Origin: an uncultured Gammaproteobacteria bacterium
GTDB lineage: Bacteria > Patescibacteriota > Microgenomatia > Levybacterales > GWA1-39-11
Assembly (NCBI GenBank): GCA_964568885.1
Contig: CAZMSF010000002.1
Location: 4,367 to 68,366 of the forward strand
Length of the DNA stretch: 64,000 nucleotides
Reading direction: 5' to 3'
Shown: positions 1 to 9,413 of the stretch, one piece after another
Layout of the letters: each line of letters begins with the position of its first letter
How positions within the stretch are numbered: the first letter of the stretch is position 1
Notes under the pieces: generated by a model
What the model was told of the DNA's origin: nothing
The model's database searches: none
Seen by the model: the letters and a program-made list of their open reading frames with translations, nothing else
Position numbers and translations under genes: made by a program

Positions 1-673
1 ATTTGTGGGTTGTTGTCATTATGATATGAGCGTATGGTGCGGGAGATGGATGGGAGCCTCCAACGACAAGTCCTGAAATGTGTGATATATCGGCTAGAAG
101 ATACGCGTTTACCTTATCCGCAATTTCCCCAAAACGCTGAAAATCGATAATCCGCGGATATGCAGTAAAACCGCACACAATAATTTTTGGCTTTTCCTTT
201 GTGGCAAGCTTTTCAATTTCATCGTAATCAAGCAACCCCTCTTTTGTGACAGGAAAGCTGACAGTCTTAAAATATTTCCCCGAAAAACTGACGGGTGAAC
301 CATGTGTCAAATGACCGCCGGAAGAAAGAGCAAGGCCCATTATTTTGTCTTTGAGGGGCTCAAGGAGTGCAAAATACACTGCGGTATTTGCGGGACTCCC
401 GGAATATGGTTGGACGTTGACATGCGCAACTTTAAACAATTTTTTTGCCCTTTCTATTGCGGTCAATTCCACGTCATCAACATTTGCGTTTCCCTGATAG
501 TATCGTTTCTTTGAATACCCTTCCGAATATTTATTAGTGAAAACGGAGGAGAGGGTCGCGCGGACTTCAAGGGATGCATAATTTTCCGAGGGGATAAGTG
601 TTATCGTGTCACGTTGCCTCTTATCTTCTTTCTGAAGGAGTGAGTAGATATGTGGATCTTTTTGTGACAACAT
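1..673 (-). CDS. glyA: serine hydroxymethyltransferase, N-terminal ~224 aa; gene continues beyond window start
   Basis: Manual minus-strand translation from the ATG at 671-673 gives MLSQKDPHIYSLLQKEDKRQRDTITLIPSENYAS...YSEGY...SGGHLTHG...ADISHISGLVVGG...TTTHK. These are SHMT hallmarks, ending at the PLP-lysine motif at the window edge. It is absent from the ORF track because it has no stop inside the window. The listed 109..303 ORF is an out-of-frame overlap. Confidence 0.85.
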   Translation of the reverse strand, partial: MLSQKDPHIYSLLQKEDKRQRDTITLIPSENYASLEVRATLSSVFTNKYSEGYSKKRYYQGNANVDDVELTAIERAKKLFKVAHVNVQPYSGSPANTAVYFALLEPLKDKIMGLALSSGGHLTHGSPVSFSGKYFKTVSFPVTKEGLLDYDEIEKLATKEKPKIIVCGFTAYPRIIDFQRFGEIADKVNAYLLADISHISGLVVGGSHPSPAPYAHIIMTTTHK

Positions 674-767
674 CGTAATTACGAAAAAGAATATATGAGA
701 ATGAGTCAATTGTCAACAATATTGTTATGAGTTGTTTGTTTGTACTTTCGTTCCGGCGAAAATATGT

Positions 768-2144
768 TTATTGAAAACAGCTAAAGGGGTACTTTGTGGA
801 TTTTTTGAAAATTCCTCCCCACTCAACCATTGTAAATCCTTGTCTTGCCGTATTTGTGATTGTGGGAGCCGTAACGCTTATGGGAGCATCAAGCGGTTCG
901 AAATAAAGGGTAACGCGGATTGAAGTTTGTGGTTTTGGTGTAATTGTTAGGGGCGAGATAGCATCAAGATTTGCAGTAGGAACAACTCCCACAAAATAAT
1001 ACGGTGCATCCGGTAAAACCCCCGTCCAGTATTCAGCAAATTGGCCCTCTTCTTTGTTGTTCAATCCCAGTTTTGGAAGAATTTTGGAAAGCAACGTTTT
1101 AATTTCATCTTTTTTAACCACGAATCCTTTGGTCGGTTTTTCTATTTTTTCGTCAGGAATTTCTGCCTCGTAGTAGAGATAATCAAAGTTTGTACTCCCT
1201 GAAAGTATTGTTCCATCGGGATGGGCAATTACATTCCACCCCCCGTTAGGATATGGAGGAATAGTAAGTTTTACCGGGCCGACGGGATTTACTGTTACGT
1301 TAACCGGAGTTGTTGTTGTTGGATACAAATAGATGGCGGGTTTGCAAAATGGTGAAAGCCAAGGGACGAGGAGATTATCTTGTTGGATTTGAAATGTCTT
1401 GAGCTGCAGATTGTCTTTGGCGCCTGCCTGTAAAGTGGGGGTCACGATATGTTGCTGTCCGCCGGTCGTGCTACCGGTCGGTAGTGCAGAGGTGTCGCAA
1501 TTTTTTATAAAGTCCGGAACGCCGGGGGAGTTAACATCTGAAAGTTTGAAGTATGCATCATACTGAGAGTCTTGGTCTCCGTAGCACGTAACCTCAGGCC
1601 CCCACATACCGCTGCACGTTGCCGGATGACAATTTTTCTTGCAGACATAAATGATTTCGTCATTTGGAATTGAGACGCAGTAAGGAACCGATTGGGGGCT
1701 TCCGATTTGGATAGGGGGAGGGGGAACGCTTTTCAGATATTTGTCTTTAGGCTCCGTTCTGCAATAGGGGGTTGCGTACTGGGCCGGAATGATATGGGTA
1801 TCTGAAGAATTGAGTACAATTGGCTGGCCGTTGTATTGTTGCCCTGAATCTTTTAAGTGCACATTTCCTTCCATGAGAATTGTATTTGTACGAAGGAGCC
1901 CGTATTCAGCGCCATTGAAAGTGAGTTTTTGTCCGTCTCCAGTTTGGGGTTTGCAATCGTTTCCGCTACCAGTATCGCAACATGAAAGAACCGCTCCGTT
2001 ACCATTGGGTCCCGTAGGGGCGGATTTATTGACCAGGGTGTTACTGACCAAAAAAATAGCAAGAAAAAGTAGCGCAAGAAGCATGAGAGGAGTAATAATG
2101 CCTCCATGAGAATAGCGGATAAAACGTCTTCTTTTCTTCGCCAT
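768..2144 (-). CDS. signal-anchored secreted Cys-rich protein, paralog 1 of a family sharing a ~200-aa C-terminal domain (KPAIYLYP...GGW...PDGT...YLYYE...PKPxT...GFTxVEWGG)
   Basis: ORF 768..2222. The likely start is the internal MAKKRRRF at 2142-2144, followed by a hydrophobic helix. The C-terminal ~200 aa align with ORFs 2943..3929, 4017..5039 and 42012..44249. Confidence 0.7.
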   Translation of the reverse strand: MAKKRRRFIRYSHGGIITPLMLLALLFLAIFLVSNTLVNKSAPTGPNGNGAVLSCCDTGSGNDCKPQTGDGQKLTFNGAEYGLLRTNTILMEGNVHLKDSGQQYNGQPIVLNSSDTHIIPAQYATPYCRTEPKDKYLKSVPPPPIQIGSPQSVPYCVSIPNDEIIYVCKKNCHPATCSGMWGPEVTCYGDQDSQYDAYFKLSDVNSPGVPDFIKNCDTSALPTGSTTGGQQHIVTPTLQAGAKDNLQLKTFQIQQDNLLVPWLSPFCKPAIYLYPTTTTPVNVTVNPVGPVKLTIPPYPNGGWNVIAHPDGTILSGSTNFDYLYYEAEIPDEKIEKPTKGFVVKKDEIKTLLSKILPKLGLNNKEEGQFAEYWTGVLPDAPYYFVGVVPTANLDAISPLTITPKPQTSIRVTLYFEPLDAPISVTAPTITNTARQGFTMVEWGGIFKKSTKYPFSCFQ

Positions 2145-2220
2145 ACATTTATTAAAGCACTTCGAAAATTGAAATACAAAATTGGTTGACTTATTTTGCA
2201 ATTTTTGAAACGATAGAGCC

Positions 2221-2841
2221 ATGGAGGAGATTATTGACAGGCTTGGATGGAAAAAAGCTGCGATAATTCTTGTGGGATTATCAATTCTTGGAATTCTCTT
2301 TGCGCTCCTCTCCTTTTCAAATTCGGAAAAACAAATTCAAGATGTAGGGGTTAAGGCAGGACAAAAGCAGCAAGGTGAATCTAGTACTTCAACAACGAGC
2401 AGTAACAATAACCTGCCCAATAGTGGGGGAACGGCACCTGCGCAGAACCTAAAAACATACACGACCACGTATTTCCAGATTTCATATCCCGAAAAATATA
2501 ATGGCGTTCCCTATACTGCGTCAAAAGGGGTCCTTGCAAATCTTAAATTAGAAAATCCCGATTCGACAAAGAAAATCGAAATTGTTGTTTTTGATTCGTC
2601 AATGAGTTTTACCAAGCTCTCACAACCATTTGAGGTATTTAAATATGCAAAAAGTTCTATAGGACTCAACGCACTGACCGGCACAATGTACAAGGGGAGT
2701 GTTGCGGGAACAGGAATTCGTGAGGTAGTTGTATTGGTTCCCAAAAACAGCACGACAATCCGGATAATGGCAACGTATCAGGGGAAAGAGGACGTGAATT
2801 TCGAAAACGAATTTAACAGTATTGTAAACAGCTTGAATTAA
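2221..2841 (+). CDS. hypothetical signal-anchored secreted protein
   Basis: 206-aa ORF with an N-terminal hydrophobic helix (AAIILVGLSILGILFALL) followed by a Ser/Thr/Asn-rich linker. It is divergent from the 768..2144 gene. Confidence 0.55.
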   Translation: MEEIIDRLGWKKAAIILVGLSILGILFALLSFSNSEKQIQDVGVKAGQKQQGESSTSTTSSNNNLPNSGGTAPAQNLKTYTTTYFQISYPEKYNGVPYTASKGVLANLKLENPDSTKKIEIVVFDSSMSFTKLSQPFEVFKYAKSSIGLNALTGTMYKGSVAGTGIREVVVLVPKNSTTIRIMATYQGKEDVNFENEFNSIVNSLN

Positions 2842-2942
2842 ACGACCCCTGAAAAAACCAGCTCTTCTTATTTCCCGATGACTCCTCCGCCCCAAGGGCA
2901 CTTGCCATATTATGGTGGCGCCCAAAAAGATGAGGGTCGTCG

Positions 2943-3929
2943 TTATCTTCCGATAACTCCTCCCCATTCGACAGCAGTAAAACCGGTTCTTTTTGGAGCC
3001 TCCGGCAAGATAAGCGAAGTCACTGTTTCATTATCCGCAAGAGGAGCAAAGTAAGCGATAAATTCAATCATGGTATCGGGCTTTGGCGAAATACTAACTT
3101 TATCAACACGCTCCTTTTCATCACGGTCCAATACCGAAACAAATATTCTATCGGTTTTTATGCTTTGGAGGCGTGGTATCCACCAATCCAAAAATTCTTG
3201 TTGCTCGTCAGTTCTTGTCAGTCCAAGTTTTGCGATAAATGCTAAAAGTTCTGTTTTTAGGTTTTGTTTATTCATTGCTATCCCTGCTTTCGGCCGATTC
3301 AAAGCTTGAGACTGCGTCTCGTAAAAAAGTTCACGGTATTGCTTGTTTTGATATTCCAAAGTGCCATCGGGATTTGCCAAAACATTTTTCCAGCCGCCCG
3401 TTGGGTAGAGGGGGTCGCTTATGAAAATATTGCCGGCGGTTTCAACCGAAACGTTAACACTTGTTGGTTTTTCGGGATACAAATAGATAACAGGCTTGCC
3501 AATGCAGTACCATCCATCTCCATCCTGCCCAAAAATTTGACACCAATTTGATTGATCAACTTGCGTGCACGACATGCCGGACGGGATGCCGGATTTTGAA
3601 TAGTCAATATCTTTACAAGAACCGCCCTCGCATTTGATAAGCCAGGCCACACACTGGCATTTGTCAGGATCCGCTTTTTTTGACATGTCGTGATTGCATG
3701 AGTCGGTTGCAGGGGTGGGTTTTGGTTGGAATGAGACATTCTTCAGTTGAATATTTTGTTTGCCGCCTCCTCCTTCGGTTTGGGCTTGTCCATATTCCTC
3801 TTTCGAGTCTGTTGCACTTTTGTTGTAAAGGGTTCCGCTTGTGAGGAGCACCCCAAAAGCAACGACGATAAAAAGAATTGGAACGATAACATTACCCTTC
3901 ATGAATTTTGAATTATATTTATGATTCAT
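2943..3929 (-). CDS. signal-anchored secreted Cys-rich protein, paralog 2 of the shared C-terminal domain family
   Basis: 328-aa ORF with an N-terminal TM helix, then a Cys-rich segment, then the C-terminal domain KPVIYLYPEKP...GGWKNVLANPDGTL...YRELFYE...LGLTRTDEQQEFLDWW...SISPKPDT...GFTAVEWGG. It is roughly 75-80% identical to the 4017..5039 product over this domain. Confidence 0.7.
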   Translation of the reverse strand: MNHKYNSKFMKGNVIVPILFIVVAFGVLLTSGTLYNKSATDSKEEYGQAQTEGGGGKQNIQLKNVSFQPKPTPATDSCNHDMSKKADPDKCQCVAWLIKCEGGSCKDIDYSKSGIPSGMSCTQVDQSNWCQIFGQDGDGWYCIGKPVIYLYPEKPTSVNVSVETAGNIFISDPLYPTGGWKNVLANPDGTLEYQNKQYRELFYETQSQALNRPKAGIAMNKQNLKTELLAFIAKLGLTRTDEQQEFLDWWIPRLQSIKTDRIFVSVLDRDEKERVDKVSISPKPDTMIEFIAYFAPLADNETVTSLILPEAPKRTGFTAVEWGGVIGR

Positions 3930-4016
3930 TTGCCAATGACGCCTCCCTCCTCCAGAGGACTAGGTATTTCCCTCCGAGAGGATTAGCTATTTTATAGCGG
4001 CACATACCGTCGCATT

Positions 4017-5039
4017 CTAATTTGTTGGGTCGGTGTCTACGACACCTCCCCATTCAATAGCGGTAAAACCTACTCGTTTCGGCGCCTCAGGTAAAACAAG
4101 AGGTTTGACAGTTTCATTGTCCAAGAGTGGAGCAAAGTACACAATAAATTGAATAAATGTATCCGGTTTTGGAGAAATGGAAACATTATCGACCCGGGCT
4201 TTTTCATCTTTTTCAAGAACTGAGACAAATATTCTGTCGGTTTTTAATGTTTGAAGTTTTGGTGTCCACCAATCCAAAAATTCCTGTTGCTCGTCCTTTC
4301 GCGTTAAGCCGAGTTTTTCGATAAAATCAAGAAGCTCTGTTTTTAGGTTTTGTTTATCAATAATCACTCCTGTCTTCGGCCGATTTATCGTTTGAGTGTT
4401 AGATTCGTAAAATAACTCTCTGTACTGCTTGTTTTGATATACGAGTGTGCCGTTGGGATGTGCCAATACATTCTTCCAGCCGCCGGTTGGATAGTGCGGG
4501 TCGCTTACGAAAATATTTTCTTCGGGTGTGACTTTTACATCAACAAGTATCGGTTGTTCCGGATAGAGATAAATAACAGGTTTTCCGATACAAAAAGTTC
4601 CATTCATGCCACCCGGGCATATAGAGCACCACCCGTTTTGGTCTACTTGTGCACAGGTGTACGTTTTAAAAGCGGAACCTGATTTGTCCAGATCAACCTT
4701 TACGCATTTCCCGTTTTCACAAGTCAAATGAAGGTCAGGACACGTACATTCGTCTCCAACGGGCTGACAGCTATCTGCAAAACACCCTGCTGAGGGAACG
4801 GGAGTCGGAGTCGGAGGTACAGGTGTAGGGGTTGAGAAATTTACTTTTGTCATTTGCAACCCTTTGGTATTTGAGGACTGCTGGTCGGCAACGGTATAGC
4901 TGACATTTTCTTCACCGGTAGATGACTTTGGGCCTTGGAAGAAACCGGTCGAGCCCATAAGCACAATAACCGCAAGTCCGGCAATAAAAATTCCAAGTGC
5001 GGAAAATCCTCTTTGGGAATTTAGGGTGCAAAACTTCAT
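4017..5039 (-). CDS. signal-anchored secreted Cys-rich protein, paralog 3 of the shared C-terminal domain family
   Basis: 340-aa ORF with an N-terminal TM helix, a Pro/Thr linker (PTPVPPTPTPVP), a Cys-rich module and the same C-terminal domain as 2943..3929. It is a tandem duplicate. Confidence 0.7.
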   Translation of the reverse strand: MKFCTLNSQRGFSALGIFIAGLAVIVLMGSTGFFQGPKSSTGEENVSYTVADQQSSNTKGLQMTKVNFSTPTPVPPTPTPVPSAGCFADSCQPVGDECTCPDLHLTCENGKCVKVDLDKSGSAFKTYTCAQVDQNGWCSICPGGMNGTFCIGKPVIYLYPEQPILVDVKVTPEENIFVSDPHYPTGGWKNVLAHPNGTLVYQNKQYRELFYESNTQTINRPKTGVIIDKQNLKTELLDFIEKLGLTRKDEQQEFLDWWTPKLQTLKTDRIFVSVLEKDEKARVDNVSISPKPDTFIQFIVYFAPLLDNETVKPLVLPEAPKRVGFTAIEWGGVVDTDPTN

Positions 5040-5081
5040 ATTGTTATTGTATTGTGTTTTTCAAAAACAGTCAAAGAAGAA

Positions 5082-5801
5082 CTATTTTTGGATAGCAGAA
5101 GTTGGGGAGAGGTGTTTGAGTCCGGGAGGAAGAGTGATAACGACCTGATTTTTGGTAAGGTTTGTGTGTTCGCCTTGTTTTGCGTAAAGAAAGCCCGTTA
5201 ATTGAGTTAGCTCAAGGGTCGTTGAGAGAACGGCAACTTTTAAGGGCTTTACCGTAAAGTTGATTTCGGCAATTTTTCCCGAACCTGCCAGTTCCTGCAT
5301 GCCGTCAGGAAGCTTGAGGGTTATTGTTTTTTCTCCAGGGGTTGGGTCATTGATATCGGGATTTATGAGTTTTAATGAATAACCGAGCGCCGAAGTATTG
5401 TCCTGGTAAGGCGTAATGGTTACGTTGTCAAGTAAATTCGGATTGTATTTTACAGAAATAACGACTCCGGAAATTTTCCGGGCGTCGGTGTTTATGATGA
5501 CATCAATTGTTGTTTTCTTGCCAGGCGTGCCAATGATGTTAACGGGTGTCAAGAGTAAGCTTCCATACAGTTCTTGTTTTGGCCCTTCGTCTTTCGCTGT
5601 TTTTGATAATTTCAGTTTTTGAGAATACAAAACTCCAAAGAGTATGCTTGCAAGAACAAGAAAAAGCATCCCGAAAAGTGCGATGGCAACTTTCTTGTTC
5701 TTGCGAATAGTGGAGGTTAATGATTTGAGAGTCAAGGGCTCACGCGATGGAGTTTCTTTTGTTTCAACTGGTTGATTTTGCACTTCGTTTTCCATATCCA
5801 T
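5082..5801 (-). CDS. hypothetical signal-anchored protein
   Basis: 239-aa ORF with a TM helix at about residues 40-60 (VAIALFGMLFLVLASILFGVLY). It lies 10 bp downstream of the 5812..8406 gene on the same strand, so the two are probably an operon. Confidence 0.55.
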   Translation of the reverse strand: MDMENEVQNQPVETKETPSREPLTLKSLTSTIRKNKKVAIALFGMLFLVLASILFGVLYSQKLKLSKTAKDEGPKQELYGSLLLTPVNIIGTPGKKTTIDVIINTDARKISGVVISVKYNPNLLDNVTITPYQDNTSALGYSLKLINPDINDPTPGEKTITLKLPDGMQELAGSGKIAEINFTVKPLKVAVLSTTLELTQLTGFLYAKQGEHTNLTKNQVVITLPPGLKHLSPTSAIQK

Positions 5802-5811
5802 TTATCGTACC

Positions 5812-8406
5812 TTATGGCGTACAGACATAGCAATTTGTTTGTGTGCCCGAGCCCAAGTCACAACCATTTCCTTCGCCTTTCCATCCCCAATATCCTGTTC
5901 CGCCTGGGTAGAAGCATTGCATGTTGGCCTCTGATGCGCTTCCGCACATTGAGTTTGCAGGATGTCCTACACAGCTTGAAGGAGGAGTATACGATGATGT
6001 TGGAGCCGGGGCCGTCGTAGTAGATGGTACGGGAGCAGTTGTTCCGCCACCGGGAGCAGGAGTAGTGGTAGTTGTGCTACCTCCCGGCCTCTTTGTGCAG
6101 CAGACATTCGGCCGTCCGTTTGTCTCGCTGCAAACTCTGTCTCCATTTGTTCCTCCGGGGCCTATTGGCGCATGGTCGTAACCTGCAAGACATTGTGTCC
6201 CATCCTGACACTCATTGTTGGTGAGTCCACCTGCAGCGTTGTAATAAGGACAGTCCGCTTGATAACCGCTTCCTCCGCCGCTACTGCCGGTAGGCGAAGG
6301 TGAGACATATGGGGTTGCACTCATGCATGCTGCGGTATTTTGTACATCAGTTTGAGACTGAGCGCACCAGCGGCCCGTTGCACAAAATTGTCCATTAGGA
6401 TTATCGGGAGGAAATACCTTACCTGAAGCTTCTTTATAGCATCCAAGCGTTCCACCGCATCCGCCTCCTGTAGGACATGCACACCCTACACCCCAATTGC
6501 CGAAATTTGCCGCAGAACAATTGTTTGAGGCACCCGGAGTTGGAGTGAAGGCCACCCCTCCTTTATATTGGCAGGTGTAACTGTTGGGATACAAGGGGTT
6601 GGGATTTGTGCACTCAAGGTTTTTATTCGGTTCACAACAATAGATTTTATTAGAATAGTCATTGGGATGACAAGTCTGCCCTTGATAGGCGGTACAATTT
6701 GCATCGGGTCCTACAGTTGGCGAAGGAGTAGTAGTGCCTCCTGTTGCCGGACACCAAGGGGGAGAAGAGCAGGTATTTCCTCCGCTTGGGACATAATCGA
6801 CATATCGTTGACTTGTTGACGGGTCGATATTTTGGCAGATGTATTTGTCTTTGTAGACACCGCCGCAGAATTCGCGCGCTGCTGCCTTTGTCGCGTCAAA
6901 AAGCTTTTCGTTACATGTGCCATTAACATATGACAAAACTCCGCCTTTTACTCCGGCGCATGGACCCGATGCTGGGCCGGGTGTTCCTCCGCCAGGAGAT
7001 GTTGTTCCTCCGCCTGGAGCCGGGGTGGAGGAGCTACCTCCAATGCTCGAGCCATAATACTGAGCATATTTGTCCGGGTCATAGCAGCATATTCCCCCGT
7101 TGCATTTGTCATTGCCATAATTATCGTGGCCTGATGCTTTGTAATCAACGGTATGTTTGTCTCCGTTCACGCCACAAGATGATAAGCATGCAAACGTGCC
7201 ATTGATATTGCCAACAGCGGTGCAACTGTTAGGATCCGAAGAAGGTGGGGGAGTACTTGCGGGTGGAGGTGTGGCACCAGCGGCAGCGTCACACCTCAGG
7301 GAGGAAGTATTGCATTTTTGTGAAGCACAAACAACATTTACAGGCAAACCTTGAGAAGCATAGTCCTCACAAAGAGCATTAGTACCCCCTTGCGAAGTGG
7401 AGACACAAGAACTGCTCCCTTTTTGACCTTTTACATTGCTAATGCAGAATTGATTTGCAGGACAGTCAGAGTGAGTTTTGCAGCTTTCACCTGAGGCTAA
7501 CGGTGCCTCGCATTTCAGTGTATAGGCATTGCATTTTTGTGAAGCGCAAACAATATTTACCGGTAGTCCCTGGGAAGCATAGTCCTCACAAAGAGCATTT
7601 TCCCCACCCACCCTAGATCCAACACAAGAGCTACTTCCTTTTTGACCTTTTACATTGCTAATGCAGAATTGATTTGCAGGACAGTCAGAGTGAGTTCTGC
7701 AGCTTTCATTTGAAGTAGGAGGTGTAGCAGGCGGGTTTTCGCATACATCAAGCGACTTATTACAGTAGCTCGAAGCACAGTGTTCGTTTTCAAAACAGGG
7801 TTCTCCCAATCCCTGCTGGTACTTACCACAGTATCCTATCATTCCAGCATCAGGTCCAGCTGTTTTTGCTCCGGGGATACAATACTGACCTGGGCTTGAG
7901 TAACAAGCGCCGGTGTAGCAAGTTTGTCCAACATCTTGTTTCGTTTGACATCGTTGAGCATCTCCTTTGCCGCCTCGATAGACAAAGCACTCATCTAAAT
8001 GGTCTTTGCATTGATTTATAGATAGTGAGCCACAATCTACCGGTTTACGGACACAATATCCACACCTTCCATAGCCTATATCTTGGATAACACATTGATT
8101 ATCAAAGCAGTTGTGTAGATTGGCCTGACCATAAGAAAGATAATTTCCATTTCTGGTCGATGTGCAAGTATTTAAATCGGACCCACAATATTCGTATTCA
8201 ATATAGCCTCCCAACTGAGAATTGTAAGAACCGATTTGTGCTCCCAAAACACCTTTTTGTTTAATGCCGGAATAACTATTATTTGCAGCATAAGCTACTC
8301 CCTTTGTGGAGTTTAGAAATGAGAGGAGTCCGTAGATAATTCCTATAGCCAATAAAAGGATGAATAGAGGTAAATATAATGCTTTCAGTTTAACGAATAA
8401 GTTCAT
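5812..8406 (-). CDS. large secreted Cys/Gly-rich low-complexity protein with internal 73-aa tandem repeat
   Basis: 864-aa ORF with an N-terminal TM/signal (LPLFILLLAIGIIYGLLSF). It is extremely Cys-, Gly-, Thr- and Pro-rich. Two near-identical 73-aa units (SC[RK]THSDCPANQFCISNVKGQKGSSSC...CEDYASQGLPVN[IV]VCASQKCN) are encoded at 7267-7704. Confidence 0.7.
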   Translation of the reverse strand: MNLFVKLKALYLPLFILLLAIGIIYGLLSFLNSTKGVAYAANNSYSGIKQKGVLGAQIGSYNSQLGGYIEYEYCGSDLNTCTSTRNGNYLSYGQANLHNCFDNQCVIQDIGYGRCGYCVRKPVDCGSLSINQCKDHLDECFVYRGGKGDAQRCQTKQDVGQTCYTGACYSSPGQYCIPGAKTAGPDAGMIGYCGKYQQGLGEPCFENEHCASSYCNKSLDVCENPPATPPTSNESCRTHSDCPANQFCISNVKGQKGSSSCVGSRVGGENALCEDYASQGLPVNIVCASQKCNAYTLKCEAPLASGESCKTHSDCPANQFCISNVKGQKGSSSCVSTSQGGTNALCEDYASQGLPVNVVCASQKCNTSSLRCDAAAGATPPPASTPPPSSDPNSCTAVGNINGTFACLSSCGVNGDKHTVDYKASGHDNYGNDKCNGGICCYDPDKYAQYYGSSIGGSSSTPAPGGGTTSPGGGTPGPASGPCAGVKGGVLSYVNGTCNEKLFDATKAAAREFCGGVYKDKYICQNIDPSTSQRYVDYVPSGGNTCSSPPWCPATGGTTTPSPTVGPDANCTAYQGQTCHPNDYSNKIYCCEPNKNLECTNPNPLYPNSYTCQYKGGVAFTPTPGASNNCSAANFGNWGVGCACPTGGGCGGTLGCYKEASGKVFPPDNPNGQFCATGRWCAQSQTDVQNTAACMSATPYVSPSPTGSSGGGSGYQADCPYYNAAGGLTNNECQDGTQCLAGYDHAPIGPGGTNGDRVCSETNGRPNVCCTKRPGGSTTTTTPAPGGGTTAPVPSTTTAPAPTSSYTPPSSCVGHPANSMCGSASEANMQCFYPGGTGYWGWKGEGNGCDLGSGTQTNCYVCTP
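7267..7704 (-). repeat. two tandem copies of a 219-bp coding repeat inside the 864-aa Cys-rich protein gene
   Basis: The DNA at about 7486-7704 and 7267-7485 is near-identical, for example the recurring gcatttttgtgaagc[ag]caaaca and gacagtcagagtgagtt[ct]tgcagctttca. It encodes two 73-aa protein repeats. Confidence 0.7.
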
Positions 8407-8451
8407 AAACCGGCTAATATAATCTCAGAATACGATGTTTTAAACTCAAAG

Positions 8452-8973
8452 TCAACAGCCCGTCGCAGCACCGTTGTAGGTTTTGTTAATTATGGCACCC
8501 GATGAGACGGTTATCTTCCAAGCTGCGTTTCCGAACCCGTCGTCGTTACTTAAAGTCAACGGATACGTTTGGGATGGTGGAACAAAAGGCTGAGAACCGA
8601 TGGTTTTTGTTGCGCTGGATAGTTCTACCGTTGCTCCTGTCGTACCTTCGACCTTTACGCTCCCCGTCATGTAGGGTGCTTTTCCTTGTTTGCATCCATC
8701 AAAAGTGACGATTACGCTCCATTCTGATGGAGGGCCTGAGGGAGTGGTGGTGCCTGTCGTGCCGGGGGTTCCGGATGTGCCACCCGGTGTGGGAGTGTCT
8801 ATGACGGAAGATGGCTCATTGCCGGAAAAAAGACTGCCGCCGCCACCTGCAAGCATGATGGCAAAAACAACAACGATTATGAAAAGAATAATATAGGAAG
8901 ATGATTGACCACGTTGGGAGACTAATGATTTATGGTTAATAGTTAATAGTTGATGGAAAAATTTAATAGGCAT
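8452..8973 (-). CDS. small signal-anchored Thr/Gly/Pro-rich secreted protein
   Basis: 173-aa ORF with the hydrophobic segment YIILFIIVVVFAIMLAGGGG followed by a TPTPGGTSGTPGTTGTTTPSGPP linker. Confidence 0.5.
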   Translation of the reverse strand: MPIKFFHQLLTINHKSLVSQRGQSSSYIILFIIVVVFAIMLAGGGGSLFSGNEPSSVIDTPTPGGTSGTPGTTGTTTPSGPPSEWSVIVTFDGCKQGKAPYMTGSVKVEGTTGATVELSSATKTIGSQPFVPPSQTYPLTLSNDDGFGNAAWKITVSSGAIINKTYNGAATGC

Positions 8974-8983
8974 ACATAATTAA

Positions 8984-9046
8984 GTATTAAGTATCACGGT
9001 TCGTATTGCAATTTGCAAAGTGAACTGAGCGATGTATTAAGTATCA
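8984..9046. promoter_or_regulatory. candidate operator: 13-bp direct repeat GTATTAAGTATCA (8984-8996 and 9034-9046) flanking a palindromic TTGCAATTTGCAA (about 9006-9019)
   Basis: Direct reading of the intergenic region upstream (minus sense) of the 8452..8973 gene. Confidence 0.3.
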
Positions 9047-9054
9047 AGTGGGTA

Positions 9055-9348
9055 TCAGTTCTGTGATGCTTCGAGGGTGGTGATTCTTTTTTCGTGGGCG
9101 GAAATTACTTTATCATTTCGTTCAAAGTGAAGTGTTGAAGCTACATTTTCTTCACGAATATCTACTAATTCTTTCAAAATCCTATCTTGGGTTGTTTGTA
9201 TTGTATCCAGCTTGTCATAAATTTGGTTTGATACGTCTTGAACTACTTGCTTCAGGTCGTCCTTTGTCGCAAAATTTGCTAGTTTTTGATCGAGGTAGGA
9301 TTTTGTTACAGGTTTGTCTTTTTTTTCTGCGGTTGTCACTTTTTTCAT
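9055..9348 (-). CDS. hypothetical small charged, possibly coiled-coil protein
   Basis: 97-aa ORF rich in K, E, D and Q with no TM segment. It is co-oriented with the surface-protein island. Confidence 0.4.
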   Translation of the reverse strand: MKKVTTAEKKDKPVTKSYLDQKLANFATKDDLKQVVQDVSNQIYDKLDTIQTTQDRILKELVDIREENVASTLHFERNDKVISAHEKRITTLEASQN

Positions 9349-9413
9349 AGAGATATCTAGAATATCACTTTGTGGTTAATCTTCAATAAGACAAACTACA
9401 ACAGTTCGTGAGG

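Noticed and set aside
109-303. 64-aa minus-strand ORF in the ORF track
   Set aside because: It lies out of frame inside the edge-truncated glyA gene. The real frame gives serine hydroxymethyltransferase motifs.
1789-2179. ORFs 1789..2109(+) and 1853..2179(-), and similar short ORFs nested in the paralog genes (3070-3739, 4434-4682, 5416-6181, 6486-7354)
   Set aside because: They overlap much longer ORFs that have coherent secreted-protein features. Their composition is biased and they have no start context.
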